Shown: positions 9,816 to 19,188, numbered from the stretch's first letter. The stretch is DNA of 64,000 nucleotides from an uncultured Actinomycetes bacterium (GCA_963844695.1 CAWJPL010000035.1:1457-65456), one strand, 5' to 3'. A program made the numbers and translations. Notes: generated from the letters alone by a model not told the origin.

Positions 9816-10802
9816 ATGTCGAACCACTTCAGCGCCGACAACCTCAAGTTCCCCGGCGACGACCGCCGCCTCGACCTGACCGACGTGTTCGCCTTCCAGG
9901 CCCCGGCGCTGCACGCCCGCGGCAAGACCGTGCTGATCATGGACTCGAACCCGACCAGCGCCCCGCCCCCGATCCAGGCCCAGGCCAAAGGCCCGGAGTT
10001 CTACCCCGGCGCGGTCTACCGGATCAACATCGACACCGACGCCGACAACCACGCCGACATCGCGTTCACCTTCACCTTCTCCGAATACCAGAACGGCACC
10101 CAGACCGGCACCGCGTGGTATGCCACCGGCGCCGCCGCCCGCCAGCCCGAACCCGCCGGCCAGACCCTGGCCCGGGACTTCCCCGTCAGCTTCGACGCCA
10201 CCCCCCGGCCGGTCCAGGCCGGCCGGGTCCGGCTGGCCGCCGGGCTGCGCAGCGACCCGTTCTTCGCCGACGTCGAAGGCGCCCTGCACGGCTTCACCTG
10301 GACCGGCCACGACGACTTCGCCGGCAACAACGTCAACTCCATCGCCCTCGAAGTCCCCCACGACATGCTCGGACCCGGGCCCGTCATCGGCGTCTGGGCC
10401 TCCATCAGCCGCCACCACGACGGCGTGCTGGAGCAGATGGACCGCGGCGGGAACCCCACCATCAACCCCTTCATCAACCCCGACGGGGAGAAAAACCTGT
10501 TCAACACCCGCCACCCCGCCGACGACGTCACCAACTACCTGGAGCCATGGTCAGCGATCCTGCAAAACGCCGGCGGCTACACCCCCGACGCCGCCAGAGC
10601 CGCCGCCCTGCAAGTCCTGCCCGACATCCTGCGCTACGACCACACCAAACCCGCCACCTACCCCAACGGCCGCATCCTCACCGACGACGTCTACAGCCAC
10701 CGCTTCGCGTGGCTCACCAACGGCAAGGTCCCGCCGTCCGGCCTCAAGCCGCACGACGACCTGCTCACCGAACTCCCCTACCTCGGCCCCCCCAACCCCT
10801 AA
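9816..10802 (+). CDS. DUF4331-like protein
   Basis: In-frame ATG 9816 follows AGGAG. MSNHFSADNLKFPGDDRRLDLTDVFAF near the N-terminus and YPNGRILTDDV near the C-terminus recall the DUF4331 pattern (family recalled from memory). Confidence 0.7.
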   Translation: MSNHFSADNLKFPGDDRRLDLTDVFAFQAPALHARGKTVLIMDSNPTSAPPPIQAQAKGPEFYPGAVYRINIDTDADNHADIAFTFTFSEYQNGTQTGTAWYATGAAARQPEPAGQTLARDFPVSFDATPRPVQAGRVRLAAGLRSDPFFADVEGALHGFTWTGHDDFAGNNVNSIALEVPHDMLGPGPVIGVWASISRHHDGVLEQMDRGGNPTINPFINPDGEKNLFNTRHPADDVTNYLEPWSAILQNAGGYTPDAARAAALQVLPDILRYDHTKPATYPNGRILTDDVYSHRFAWLTNGKVPPSGLKPHDDLLTELPYLGPPNP

Positions 10803-10938
10803 CCACCAGGCGCTAACCCAGCGCCAGTCCCCTGGCCCCGCGTGCCGCCCCAGCGGCACGCGGAGCCAGGCGGCAAAACGCAGAGAAGGTGAGACACGAA
10901 CACCCGCAGCACGGCCGCCGCCCCAGGAGGCGCTCACC

Positions 10939-11535
10939 GTGGAATACCTCGTTGACATGACCACCCACGTCCCAGACCGAACCCCACCACAAGCCATCGA
11001 CGACATCCGCACCCGCGAACGCAAGCGCTCACAACAGCTCGCGTCCCAAGGCCACCTGCTCCGCCTGTGGCACCCGCCGCTCCAGCCGGGTCAATGGCGG
11101 AGCCTCGCACTGTTCGCCTGCGACGACAGCGACGACCTCAAGAGAATCCTCACCACGATGCCGCCGCACGCCTGGCGCACCGATGAGGTCACCCCGCTCA
11201 GCCGGCACCCGAACGACCCGGCACTAGAGGTCCGCCTGGAAACCACGGAGTTTCTGACCACCTTCACCCTGACCGTCCCGGAGGGCACGCCTGTCCAGGC
11301 GGTAGAGCACACCAACGCCCGCGCGGCGGAACGCGTGCACCAGCTGGCTGGGCAGGGATACCTGGCGCGGCTGTGGACGCTGCCGGGCGAGGGGCGCTCG
11401 CTGGGCCTCTGGCAAACCCAGGACGCGGCCGAGATGCAGGCGATCTTGATATCGCTCCCGCTGGGTTCCTGGGTGATCGTGCAGACCAGGCCGCTCACCC
11501 GGCATCCCGACGACCCCGCGACAGCCAAGACCTGA
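10939..11535 (+). CDS. tandem (duplicated) muconolactone delta-isomerase-like protein
   Basis: GTG 10939 is preceded by AGGAGG. Two halves of about 95 aa share the pattern (Y/F)L..(M/F)T..VP..TP...QLA.QG.L.RLW...PL.RHP.DPA. Only the last 198 codons of the 471-aa track ORF look real. Confidence 0.75.
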   Translation: MEYLVDMTTHVPDRTPPQAIDDIRTRERKRSQQLASQGHLLRLWHPPLQPGQWRSLALFACDDSDDLKRILTTMPPHAWRTDEVTPLSRHPNDPALEVRLETTEFLTTFTLTVPEGTPVQAVEHTNARAAERVHQLAGQGYLARLWTLPGEGRSLGLWQTQDAAEMQAILISLPLGSWVIVQTRPLTRHPDDPATAKT

Positions 11536-11642
11536 CCGGCCCCGCCCGCGCTGTACTGAGCGCGACAGAAACGCCGCCCGAAAAAAGGGCGCATTCCCGT
11601 CCGCTTAGCTAAATGTGGCTTATGTCAATGGTCATGGATTAG

Positions 11643-11670
11643 TTGACGCCTGGCCAGGAACTGGTAAATG
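11643..11670 (+). promoter_or_regulatory. candidate sigma70-like promoter (TTGACG-N16-TAAATG)
   Basis: Lies in an AT-richer intergenic patch about 40 bp upstream of ATG 11707. This is hexamer inspection only. Confidence 0.3.
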
Positions 11671-11706
11671 CTTGGGGCTCAAGCATCCAAGTGTCGGGGG
11701 GCCGGG

Positions 11707-13114
11707 ATGCGCACAATTCCACTCATACTCATTGCGGGCTGCGCGGCAGCGGCTGCATCGTTTCCATCGGCGTCGCTCGCTAGCGCTACGACTCCTGTGG
11801 ATGGCAGCCACCCTCGGCTGATTACCAATTTGCCCGCGGCGGCCGCCGATCCCCGGCCGGCCGGCCAGCACATCAAGCTCGCGGTCATCCGCCGCCTGGC
11901 CAGCGATCAGAAGCACCTGATCGGCTCGATGTTCGTCAACCCCGGCGGCCCCGGTGAAAGCGGCGTGGACCTGGTCCGGAATCCGGAGTCGGGTAATGCG
12001 CTCAGCGCTTGGGGTGGCGGCCGGTTCAACCTTGTGGGCTGGGACCCCCGGGGAACGAACGGAAGCGACCCGGTGCGGTCAGGTCAGCGGGCAGCTGCTG
12101 AACAACATCTCCACCGAAGACACCGCCCGTGACCTCAACTACCTGCGCCAGCTCGTCGGGGACCGGGTCCTCACCTACGTGGGCTTGTCCTACGGCACCA
12201 TCATCGGTCAGACCTACGCCAACATGTTCCCGACCCGGGTCCGAGCGATGCTGCTGGACGCCGTCGTCGACCAGAAAGCCTGGGTCAAGAGCGCAGAGGT
12301 GAGGAACGCCGTCAACGTCGGGGCAGCCGACGGTGTCTTCGCGCAGTTCGTGGCGCTCTGCCAGGGCGCCGGTCCGGCACGCTGCACGCTCGCCTGCCAC
12401 CCCGAGACCGTGGCCCAGCGCGTCGCGCGCCTGTTCCAGCAGGCGCGGCGCGCGCCGATCCCGGCTCCGCGCGCACACCCGCCCGGCGTGCTCAGCTACA
12501 GCGACCTGCTGCTGACGACGTTCCAGCCACTGCGGTCTCCGGAGGCGTGGCCCCAGTACGCCCGGGAACTCGACGCGGCGGTCAGCGGCGACGCCTCTGC
12601 CCTGGAGACCGCAGCGCGCCAGATGCAGACCCCAGCGGCATTTTCCAAGGCGACGACGTCGGCCGCGATCCAGTGCCTGGACGGTCCCGCCAGCGAGCCG
12701 GTCAGCGCGTGGCCCAGGGTCATCGGGCACCTCACGCACGTGGGCAAGCTGTGGGGTCCATTCCTGGGCTGGGCGCAATGGGCTCCGTGCGCGGCGAACT
12801 GGCCCGGGCACGCCACCGAGCGCTACACCGGCCCGTGGAACGCCAAGACCAAGACCCCGATCCTGTTCGTCAACAACGTGTACGACCCAGCCACCGGCTA
12901 CTCCAACGCCCAGCGCGCTGAGCGCCTGCTGGGCAACGCGGTGCTGCTCACCGTGGCCAGCTACGGACACCCGAGCTATCAGCTGCCCAGCAAGTGCACA
13001 GACAAATGGAGAGTCCGCTACCTCGTGCATCTCAGCACCCCGCCACCGGGGACGGTCTGTGGAGCACAGGCCCCGTTCCAACCCGGCTCCTCGGAGCTAC
13101 CCGTCACCCCGTAA
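11707..13114 (+). pseudogene. TAP/S33-like secreted alpha/beta hydrolase, disrupted by an internal deletion plus frameshift near 12075-12090
   Basis: Frame 1 (from MRTIPLILIAGCAAAAAS...) carries NPGGPGESG and WDPRGTNGSDPVR, then stops at 12132. Frame 2 (11954..13114) continues with NISTEDTARDLNYLRQL, GLSYGTIIG (GxSxG) and the TAP C-terminal part. The spacer between these motifs is about 45 aa in the intact paralog 2407..4476 but only about 10 codons here. Confidence 0.7.
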
Positions 13115-13173
13115 CCCCGCCGCCGACGGTCTGCCCGGTTGTTCAGTTGAACAGGTTGGGCTGGGCTCCCAGA

Positions 13174-13644
13174 TCAGAAGGAAAGCATTCCACTGACCAA
13201 GGCGCGCCAGGTGACGGGGCCGACGATGCCGTCCACGGTGACCGACGGGATGTCCTGGTGGAGGGCCTGCTGGAAGTCGCGGACGGCGGCGTTGGTCTTG
13301 GGCCCGAAGATCCCGTCCACTTGCAGGCCCTTACTCGGGTCGCCGGACAGGTTGCGGAACTGGAACTCCTCCTGGACCCCGCGGACGGCGTCGCCCTGGC
13401 TGCCCTGCCTGACCGTGACGATCAGCGCCGACCAGGTGTTAGGGCCGACGATGCCATCGACGGTCAGGTCCTTCTGCTGCTGGAAGGCGCGGACGGCAGC
13501 GTCGGTGCTGGGTCCGAAGATGCCGTCCACGGTGAGGTTGCGGCCGCGGTCCCGCAGCAGGTACTGCAGGGTCTTGACCGGATGCTGGTGGTCACCCCTG
13601 CGGACGAGCGGCCATGGGCTGATCGTGACGGCGGTTGCGGTCAT
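13174..13644 (-). CDS. peptidoglycan-binding (PG_binding_1) repeat protein
   Basis: Two repeats of the pattern LQ..L......L.VDGIFGP.T..AV..FQ......VDGIVGP.TW.AL. ATG 13644 follows GAGGAGGA. Confidence 0.8.
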   Translation of the reverse strand: MTATAVTISPWPLVRRGDHQHPVKTLQYLLRDRGRNLTVDGIFGPSTDAAVRAFQQQKDLTVDGIVGPNTWSALIVTVRQGSQGDAVRGVQEEFQFRNLSGDPSKGLQVDGIFGPKTNAAVRDFQQALHQDIPSVTVDGIVGPVTWRALVSGMLSF

Positions 13645-13811
13645 CGGCTCCTCCTCGCGTGGCGTGGACAAACGACCCGCCGCTGAGCGGTCGGCCACCA
13701 GCTATAGCGAGTCCTCCGTCCTCACCGATCTGAATACGCACCCGCGGAGGCGGGCTGCAGGCGATGTGCAGTTTCCATGGAAAGCCCCCGCGCCGAGAGC
13801 CGGCACCGCGC

Positions 13812-14540
13812 CTAAGTGCGTCCTGCGCTTCGTTTGACTAGGCGGAAGAAAAGGAAACCTGACCTGGTCCGGAGCTTGTCGTAAGCTTGCGGGTCCTGCT
13901 GTTGGAGGGAAGGCAGCGGCGCTGGCTCGACCAGCCTGTCGATGACGAAGCCGGCACTGCTGATGGCCGCGGTGATCGCGGTCAGCGGTCTGCGCCAGAA
14001 CGTGACCTCATACGGCTGGCCGCCCTTGTTCCAGGTCTCGGTGACCTGCATGACTTTGAAGCAGTCGTCGCGGCTGTGCTGCTGCCAGTCCATCGCCGGG
14101 TGATGGGTAGAGAACACCGCCGCGCCATCGGGCTCAAGAACCCGGTAGAACTCAGCAAGCGGCCCTGTCCAGTCGGCCAGATAGTGCATCACAAGTGATG
14201 CGACCACCAGGTCGGCGCTAGCGTCGGCGGCGAAGTCCAGAGGTTCCGCCAGGTCGGCGTTGAGGATGCGGGCTCGGTCGCCGAGGCGGTCGGTGGCCAG
14301 GCGGACCATCTCCGGGCTCACGTCGATTGCTGTCACCCTCGCGCCGCTGTCGACGAGCCAGGCAGTGAGGGCGCCCGGTCCGCACCCGGCTTCCAGCACC
14401 CGCTGCCCGGTTACATCGCCGATCAGTGCGATAGTGCCGGGCCGCTCATAGCAGGCATTAAAGGGCCCCTCGTCGTTCGCGGCCCGGTATGCCGTGCCCA
14501 TGGCGTCATACTGGCTGGCAGCTAGTTCGCCGTCTCGCAT
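13812..14540 (-). CDS. class I SAM-dependent methyltransferase
   Basis: Motif I VLEAGCGPGALTAWL. The plausible start is ATG 14540 (MRDGELAASQYD...). The track ORF extends to 14687. Confidence 0.85.
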   Translation of the reverse strand: MRDGELAASQYDAMGTAYRAANDEGPFNACYERPGTIALIGDVTGQRVLEAGCGPGALTAWLVDSGARVTAIDVSPEMVRLATDRLGDRARILNADLAEPLDFAADASADLVVASLVMHYLADWTGPLAEFYRVLEPDGAAVFSTHHPAMDWQQHSRDDCFKVMQVTETWNKGGQPYEVTFWRRPLTAITAAISSAGFVIDRLVEPAPLPSLQQQDPQAYDKLRTRSGFLFFRLVKRSAGRT

Positions 14541-14562
14541 TGGTTCCCCGTCGGTCGGACAC

Positions 14563-15114
14563 CTACGTCGCCTGCTGGCCGTTGTAATACCAGAGCGCCG
14601 ATGTGTACCAGAGCACGCCGAGGACGGTGGCGAGCGTCCCGCCGGCCACAGGCAGGACCCATCCGGGCAGCCGCCGGCTGCGCACAAGAAGTACCTTCGC
14701 GACGAACGCGCCGTAGAAGAAACAACCAGCGATCGAGTGGATCGCGACCCTGAGGCTCGTGAGTTGCACGCCGTAGGCGATCAGGCAGTGCATGGCGACC
14801 GGCAGCGTGAGCGCGAACAGGCAGAAGCCGACCACCCTGTGCGTCAGCCGCACCCGGCGCGGCGGCGCCCCCACCAGCGGCAGCTTGCGATACATCCAAA
14901 GCGCGAGCAGCACCTGGAGGGCGGCCAGTCCCAGCGCAATGGTCGCCAGCCCGGACTTCAGGGCGAACGCGTCCACCCCGAACATGACCTGGCTGTAGTC
15001 CGGCTGATGCAGCCTGCCCGCCACGTATAGCGCGACGGCGACCCCCGCAGCCAGCAGTCCTATCCACGTCAGGCGCCAGGCGGCGGGCTTGCCGTAGGAA
15101 TCCGGTGGTGTCAT
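14563..15114 (-). CDS. integral membrane protein (5-6 predicted TM helices; possibly DUF6529-like)
   Basis: 183-aa hydrophobic ORF (WIGLLAAGVAVALYV, LATIALGLAALQVLLALW, VVGFCLFALTLPVAMHCLIAY, and others). Confidence 0.75.
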   Translation of the reverse strand: MTPPDSYGKPAAWRLTWIGLLAAGVAVALYVAGRLHQPDYSQVMFGVDAFALKSGLATIALGLAALQVLLALWMYRKLPLVGAPPRRVRLTHRVVGFCLFALTLPVAMHCLIAYGVQLTSLRVAIHSIAGCFFYGAFVAKVLLVRSRRLPGWVLPVAGGTLATVLGVLWYTSALWYYNGQQAT

Positions 15115-15224
15115 GCCAAACCGCCTCGTCCGCTGCCAGTACCCGTGTATACGGATCGCTCACTCTGACCACGACTGCATACCCGCCCAGGTTCATGCCG
15201 CCGAGGAAGCGCTGGGCACTAGGC

Positions 15225-15255
15225 AAGTCGAACCGTTGACCGTCCGCTTTTCCGG
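15225..15255 (+). repeat. degenerate copy of the tRNA-Phe 3' half (old att remnant)
   Basis: aagtcgaaccgttgaccgtccgcttttccgg compares with gggtcgaaccgccgaccttccgcttttcagg in the tRNA gene and in the 46-kb copy. The similarity continues into the flanking arm. Confidence 0.55.
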
Positions 15256-15470
15256 GGTTCTGTCGCCATTTAGACCAGGATCTCGTAGGCAATGTGACAA
15301 CCCAGCTCCCCGGCATAGGTGCTGGTAAATGGGCCTACGCCGGCAGCATAGCGACCGTGCCGCCGTGGGCCACGTAGTCCCGTCTCGTCTCTGGCCTTCT
15401 GCTGGTGAGCCCTCCGGAAACAAGGACTTGTGGGGCTTCTGTGGGGCTCGGCAAGGCACGGACGGGCTCG
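15256..15470 (+). repeat. island distal-arm repeat, copy 1 (homologous to 46128..46342)
   Basis: Collinear with the 46-kb copy. The ungapped 114-nt core 15357..15470 versus 46229..46342 gives 99/114 identical by my manual count. Confidence 0.75.
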
Positions 15471-15662
15471 GTGCTTGCGCCGGGTGCGGAGAGCTGAGGC
15501 AGCCGTCCCGAAACGGTCGGGCTGCCGGATCGCTTGCAGCCAGGCGGACCAGAAAGTCCCCGGAGGAACTCCGGAGCGGTGTCGGATCGGGGCCGGGGTG
15601 TTCGTCGCAAGGATGAGAGGCCGCCCACCAGGGGCGCCCCCAAGGAGGATGGAACCGCGATC

Positions 15663-16274
15663 ATGAAACTCACGACCATCACGCAAATCACCGTCGATGG
15701 AGTGGTGCAGGGAAACGGCGCCGCGTCGGATGAGGACCGCAGGAACGGATTCGAGCGCGGCGGATGGGCCAAAGGGGCGGGCGACGACGAGACCAGGACG
15801 TTGATCACCCAGACCTACCAGCGAGCCGACGCGTTCCTGTTCGGCCGGCGGACCTACGAGCTCTTTGCCGGCTCCTGGGGAGCGATCGAAGAGATGCGCG
15901 CCCACCCCATCGGCGTGGCGCTGAACAAGACACCCAAGTACGTCGCGTCGACCACCCTCACCGAACCGCGCTGGGCGGACACGACCGTCCTGTCCGGTGA
16001 CCTCGCGGCGGCCGTCGGCCGGCTGAAGGCCCAGCCGGGCGGTGAACTGCAGGTGCACGGCAGCGGCACCCTGATCCGCTGGCTGGTCGACAACGACCTC
16101 GTCAACGAGATCACCCTGCTCATCGTCCCCGTGGTCCTCGGCCAGGGCACGCGGCTGTTCCCCGGCACCGGCCCGGACATGGCGCTTGACCTGGTCGAAT
16201 CGCGAGCCGACTCGAAGGGCGTAACGATCCAGGTCTACCGGCCGGCCGGGCGCCCTCAGTATGCGACCAGCTGA
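15663..16274 (+). CDS. dihydrofolate reductase family protein (RibD C-terminal domain-like)
   Basis: ATG 15663 follows AAGGAGGA. Sequence MKLTTITQITVDGVVQGNG...FLFGRRTYELFAGSW...LQVHGSGTLIRWL...LLIVPVVLGQGTRLF. Confidence 0.85.
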   Translation: MKLTTITQITVDGVVQGNGAASDEDRRNGFERGGWAKGAGDDETRTLITQTYQRADAFLFGRRTYELFAGSWGAIEEMRAHPIGVALNKTPKYVASTTLTEPRWADTTVLSGDLAAAVGRLKAQPGGELQVHGSGTLIRWLVDNDLVNEITLLIVPVVLGQGTRLFPGTGPDMALDLVESRADSKGVTIQVYRPAGRPQYATS

Positions 16275-16518
16275 AGCACGTGAGATAGCCCCTCGGTGTG
16301 GCGCTCTCGGTCCATGTAGCCCGGCGCCACCGGGGGGAGTAAATAAGTGGCTCCCCGGCCTGCATGTGCCTACCGTGGATGCTGGCTGGCCGACCTAGCG
16401 GTAAGGGCCAGAGTCCGGTCGTCCCGCGAGGGTTCGAGAAGCGTCAGGAAGTAGACCCGGCCTGGCCGCCAGCTCAACTCGGTTCGCGGGCAGAAAAGCG
16501 CGGTCCGTCAGGTTGAGG

Positions 16519-16986
16519 TCAAATTTTCAGCTGCAGTGCCTGGCTAAGTCTGCCTGCAATCTCGTCCATTACTGCTTCAGGTACATGACGGGCGGGATCG
16601 CCGCCGAGCAGTCCGAACACGCGCGGACCGCGCAGGTCAGCCTCCAGGCCGGGCTGGCGGGGGATGACGTGGAAGTGGAGGTGCTGAAAGCCTTCCGCTT
16701 CGGCGAACAACGCGACGTAGGTCTTGCGGCAGCCGGCCACATCTCGCAGCGCGGAGCTGACGGCTCTGAGCAGGGGTCCCAGATCGGCGGCTTCACCGGC
16801 GGTCAGGTCATCCAGCGCGACGGTATGACGGCGCAGGACAAGCACCAGCCAGCCGGGCAGCGACGTGCCGAACGCATGGGCAACGCGCCATCGCGGGCCG
16901 AGGTAGATCCGCTCTCGTGCAGGCAGATCTGCCCGCGCATTGTTAGCACAGCTCACGCACCCCTGATCTCCCGCCACGAGCCGCAT
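16519..16986 (-). CDS. HIT (histidine triad) family protein
   Basis: HLHFHVIPR histidine-triad motif. The plausible start is ATG 16986 (MRLVAGDQGCVSC...). Confidence 0.85.
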   Translation of the reverse strand: MRLVAGDQGCVSCANNARADLPARERIYLGPRWRVAHAFGTSLPGWLVLVLRRHTVALDDLTAGEAADLGPLLRAVSSALRDVAGCRKTYVALFAEAEGFQHLHFHVIPRQPGLEADLRGPRVFGLLGGDPARHVPEAVMDEIAGRLSQALQLKI

Positions 16987-17163
16987 TGTTCCAGGACGGC
17001 GTTCCCACTGCGACCAGCCAAGAGCCTCACCGTCGCAACCCCCAACGCCGGGACTCCCCCATCCGGCCGCGCTCCAGCCCGGTCCGCGGTAAATGACGAT
17101 GGCTCTGGCTGTGCACTGAATCGCGATCAACGCGCCTCAACTGGACGCGGTGACGGTACGTGG

Positions 17164-17652
17164 CTAGGCGAAATGCGACTCCACGATCGCGGCGAGGCCA
17201 TCGACTTCGCGTCGCAGTTCCGGAAGGCTCTCCACTGCAGCGGCCTCCCGCTGGAGGGCCAGGGCACGGATCTGACGCAGGATCGCGACTATCGCGGCGT
17301 GGTCGTCGATCAGGTTCCCGATCGCCGGGGCAAGGCCTGGCCGGGCATCGAGCAACTATGTAAACAGGCCGTCGTCTTCGCCCAGGTGATGCGTGGCCAG
17401 GGCTGAGCAGAACGCCAGGCAGTGGACCTGCAGCCCGTTAACCACGTGCTCATCCCCGCCAAGTGCTTCCCGGATCTGGACGAGTTCATCTCTCACCTGC
17501 TGGTGGGCACGCCGGAGCTGCAGGCTGAACGCCGCAGCCCGCTGCGTGTCGTTGGTGGCCACGCAGGTGGTCCCTTCATTCCTGCGCCTGCATGCCTGAC
17601 GCACTTCGCCACCGGCACGCGACGCGGCATCCATTCTGCGTTGGAGCTGCAT
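17164..17652 (-). pseudogene. hemerythrin (HHE cation-binding) domain protein with an in-frame TAG at 17356..17358
   Basis: Track ORFs 17356..17652 and 17164..17355 are contiguous in one frame: ...HCLAFCSALATHHLGEDDGLFT*LLDARPGLAPAIGNLIDDHAAIVAILRQI... This HH..E(E/D)..LF..L...P pattern is hemerythrin-like. Confidence 0.6.
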
Positions 17653-18416
17653 CAGGCGTTCCGCCGGGGCGGTTCCTGTTCGTCCAGGCGGGAGGCCTCC
17701 GCTGGGGTCAGGACCTCATCAGGACCGGGGGGCGTGATGTCGGCGGTCACACCGAAATCCCACAGCTCGACGATCGACCAGACCTGCTTGTCCGCGGCGG
17801 CGGCGGGCTCGGAGCTGACCGAGATGCGGCGGGCGAGGCCAGCCGCATCGAGCCACACCTCGGCAGGCATCCGGCTGAGCGCCCGATACGGCCCCGAGGG
17901 GACGCTCACCCCGGCCGGCAACGCCGCGTCTGCCCGGCCCAGGTCAACGGTGAGGCGGTAACGCGTCGCCGGGACCCCGCGCACCGCCTCCGGTCCGATC
18001 TCCACCACATCATCGCTGGCCCCGAACAGGGCATCCAGCGGCCAGAGCGGGTCATACGGCCCGAGCGGGCCGCCGGGATCGGTCAGGGAGATGCCTGTCC
18101 ACCCGTCAGCGTGCCGGAGATAGGCGTTCGCTCCGTCGTAGATCATCTCCGTCTGCCCGGCGCTCTCGCGAAGGCCCGGCTCGCCGTCACCGAGTTCCAT
18201 GAACGCAGCCGTCGCGCGGTCGGTGAGGAACAGCGACTGCGACACGCGGGCCCGGCGCGCGGCAAAGTCGGCCACCCCGTCGCAGCGCCGGTCGGGAGCC
18301 TCGGGCAGCGGTGAGCCGGTGCACCACGCGGCCAGCATCCGGGCCGTGCCGGCCGCGACCGTCCGCGCAGCGGCAGCAGCCACCCGGCCGCCGATGGGCT
18401 CCCTCACCGTGGGCAT
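17652..18416 (-). CDS. hypothetical protein
   Basis: ORF with strong GC3 bias. Its stop TGA shares one base (17652) with the downstream hemerythrin ATG (TGATG). The start is uncertain (ATG 18416, or upstream to 18491). Confidence 0.6.
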   Translation of the reverse strand: MPTVREPIGGRVAAAAARTVAAGTARMLAAWCTGSPLPEAPDRRCDGVADFAARRARVSQSLFLTDRATAAFMELGDGEPGLRESAGQTEMIYDGANAYLRHADGWTGISLTDPGGPLGPYDPLWPLDALFGASDDVVEIGPEAVRGVPATRYRLTVDLGRADAALPAGVSVPSGPYRALSRMPAEVWLDAAGLARRISVSSEPAAAADKQVWSIVELWDFGVTADITPPGPDEVLTPAEASRLDEQEPPRRNA

Positions 18417-18699
18417 GAATCCAACATAGTTGCGGCAACCCCAGGAAGCCACGGCGCCGGGACACGCAACGCGCGTAGTCGGCGCAGCCACGCAATCGGC
18501 GGCGCCGGGTTGCCAGACGAGCGTCGTCAGCGATCTGCGTGCCGGGGGACGAATAACGATGCCGAGTTGCCCATCGTCGGCCGCTGGTGGTGATCACGAC
18601 ATATATTGCGCAAACCAGTCGAGCATGGGTTGCGAGCGACGGTGGCCTGGCAGGCGCTCGCGACGGTCCCAGCGGAACACGCCACCTTGGGGAGTAACC

Positions 18700-19188
18700 A
18701 TGACAACAGAGGTCACCGAGGCCGACCTGCCGTACCTGCGCCGCTGCGTGGAACTGGCAACGGAGGCCGTCGAGGCGGGCGACTTCCCGTTCGGCTCCGT
18801 GCTCGTCGCCGCGAATGGGACCGTTCTCGCCGAGGACCGGAACCGGGAACTGACCGCGGGGGACCCGACGCGCCACCCGGAGTTCGCACTGGCGCGGTGG
18901 GCCGCGACGAACATGACCCCGCGGGAGCGGGCCGCGGCGACTGTCTATACCTCGGGCGAGCACTGCCCGATGTGCGCCGCCGCCCACGGCTGGGTCGGGC
19001 TGGGACGCATCGTGTACATCACCTCATCGGAGCAAACGGGCATCTGGCTCGCCGATCTGGGTGTCAGCCCGGCCCCGGTCCTGCCCTTGGCGATCACAGA
19101 GGTTGTTCCCAATCTGGTGGTGACAGGCCCGGTCCCCGATCTGGCGGAGCAGGTGCGCGACCTGCACCGCAGATTCCGCTCAGCGTAG
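18700..19188 (+). CDS. nucleoside/guanine deaminase (CMP/dCMP-type zinc deaminase fold)
   Basis: ATG 18700 follows GGGGAG. Zinc motifs HPEF (H-x-E) and EHCPMCAAA (PC-x2-C). Confidence 0.85.
   Translation: MTTEVTEADLPYLRRCVELATEAVEAGDFPFGSVLVAANGTVLAEDRNRELTAGDPTRHPEFALARWAATNMTPRERAAATVYTSGEHCPMCAAAHGWVGLGRIVYITSSEQTGIWLADLGVSPAPVLPLAITEVVPNLVVTGPVPDLAEQVRDLHRRFRSA

Noticed and set aside
10120-10938. N-terminal 270 codons of the 471-aa ORF 10120..11535
   Set aside because: This P/T/S/A-rich off-frame reading overlaps the DUF4331-like gene. Only the part from GTG 10939 (with AGGAGG upstream) has protein-like, duplicated MIase-type sequence.
16120-16365. Shared peptide SPRWRRATWTES in minus-strand ORFs 16120..16365 and 38634..38816
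   Set aside because: The similarity is confined to the ~50-nt DNA repeat and the flanking translations are unrelated. It is treated as a nucleotide repeat, not a gene.
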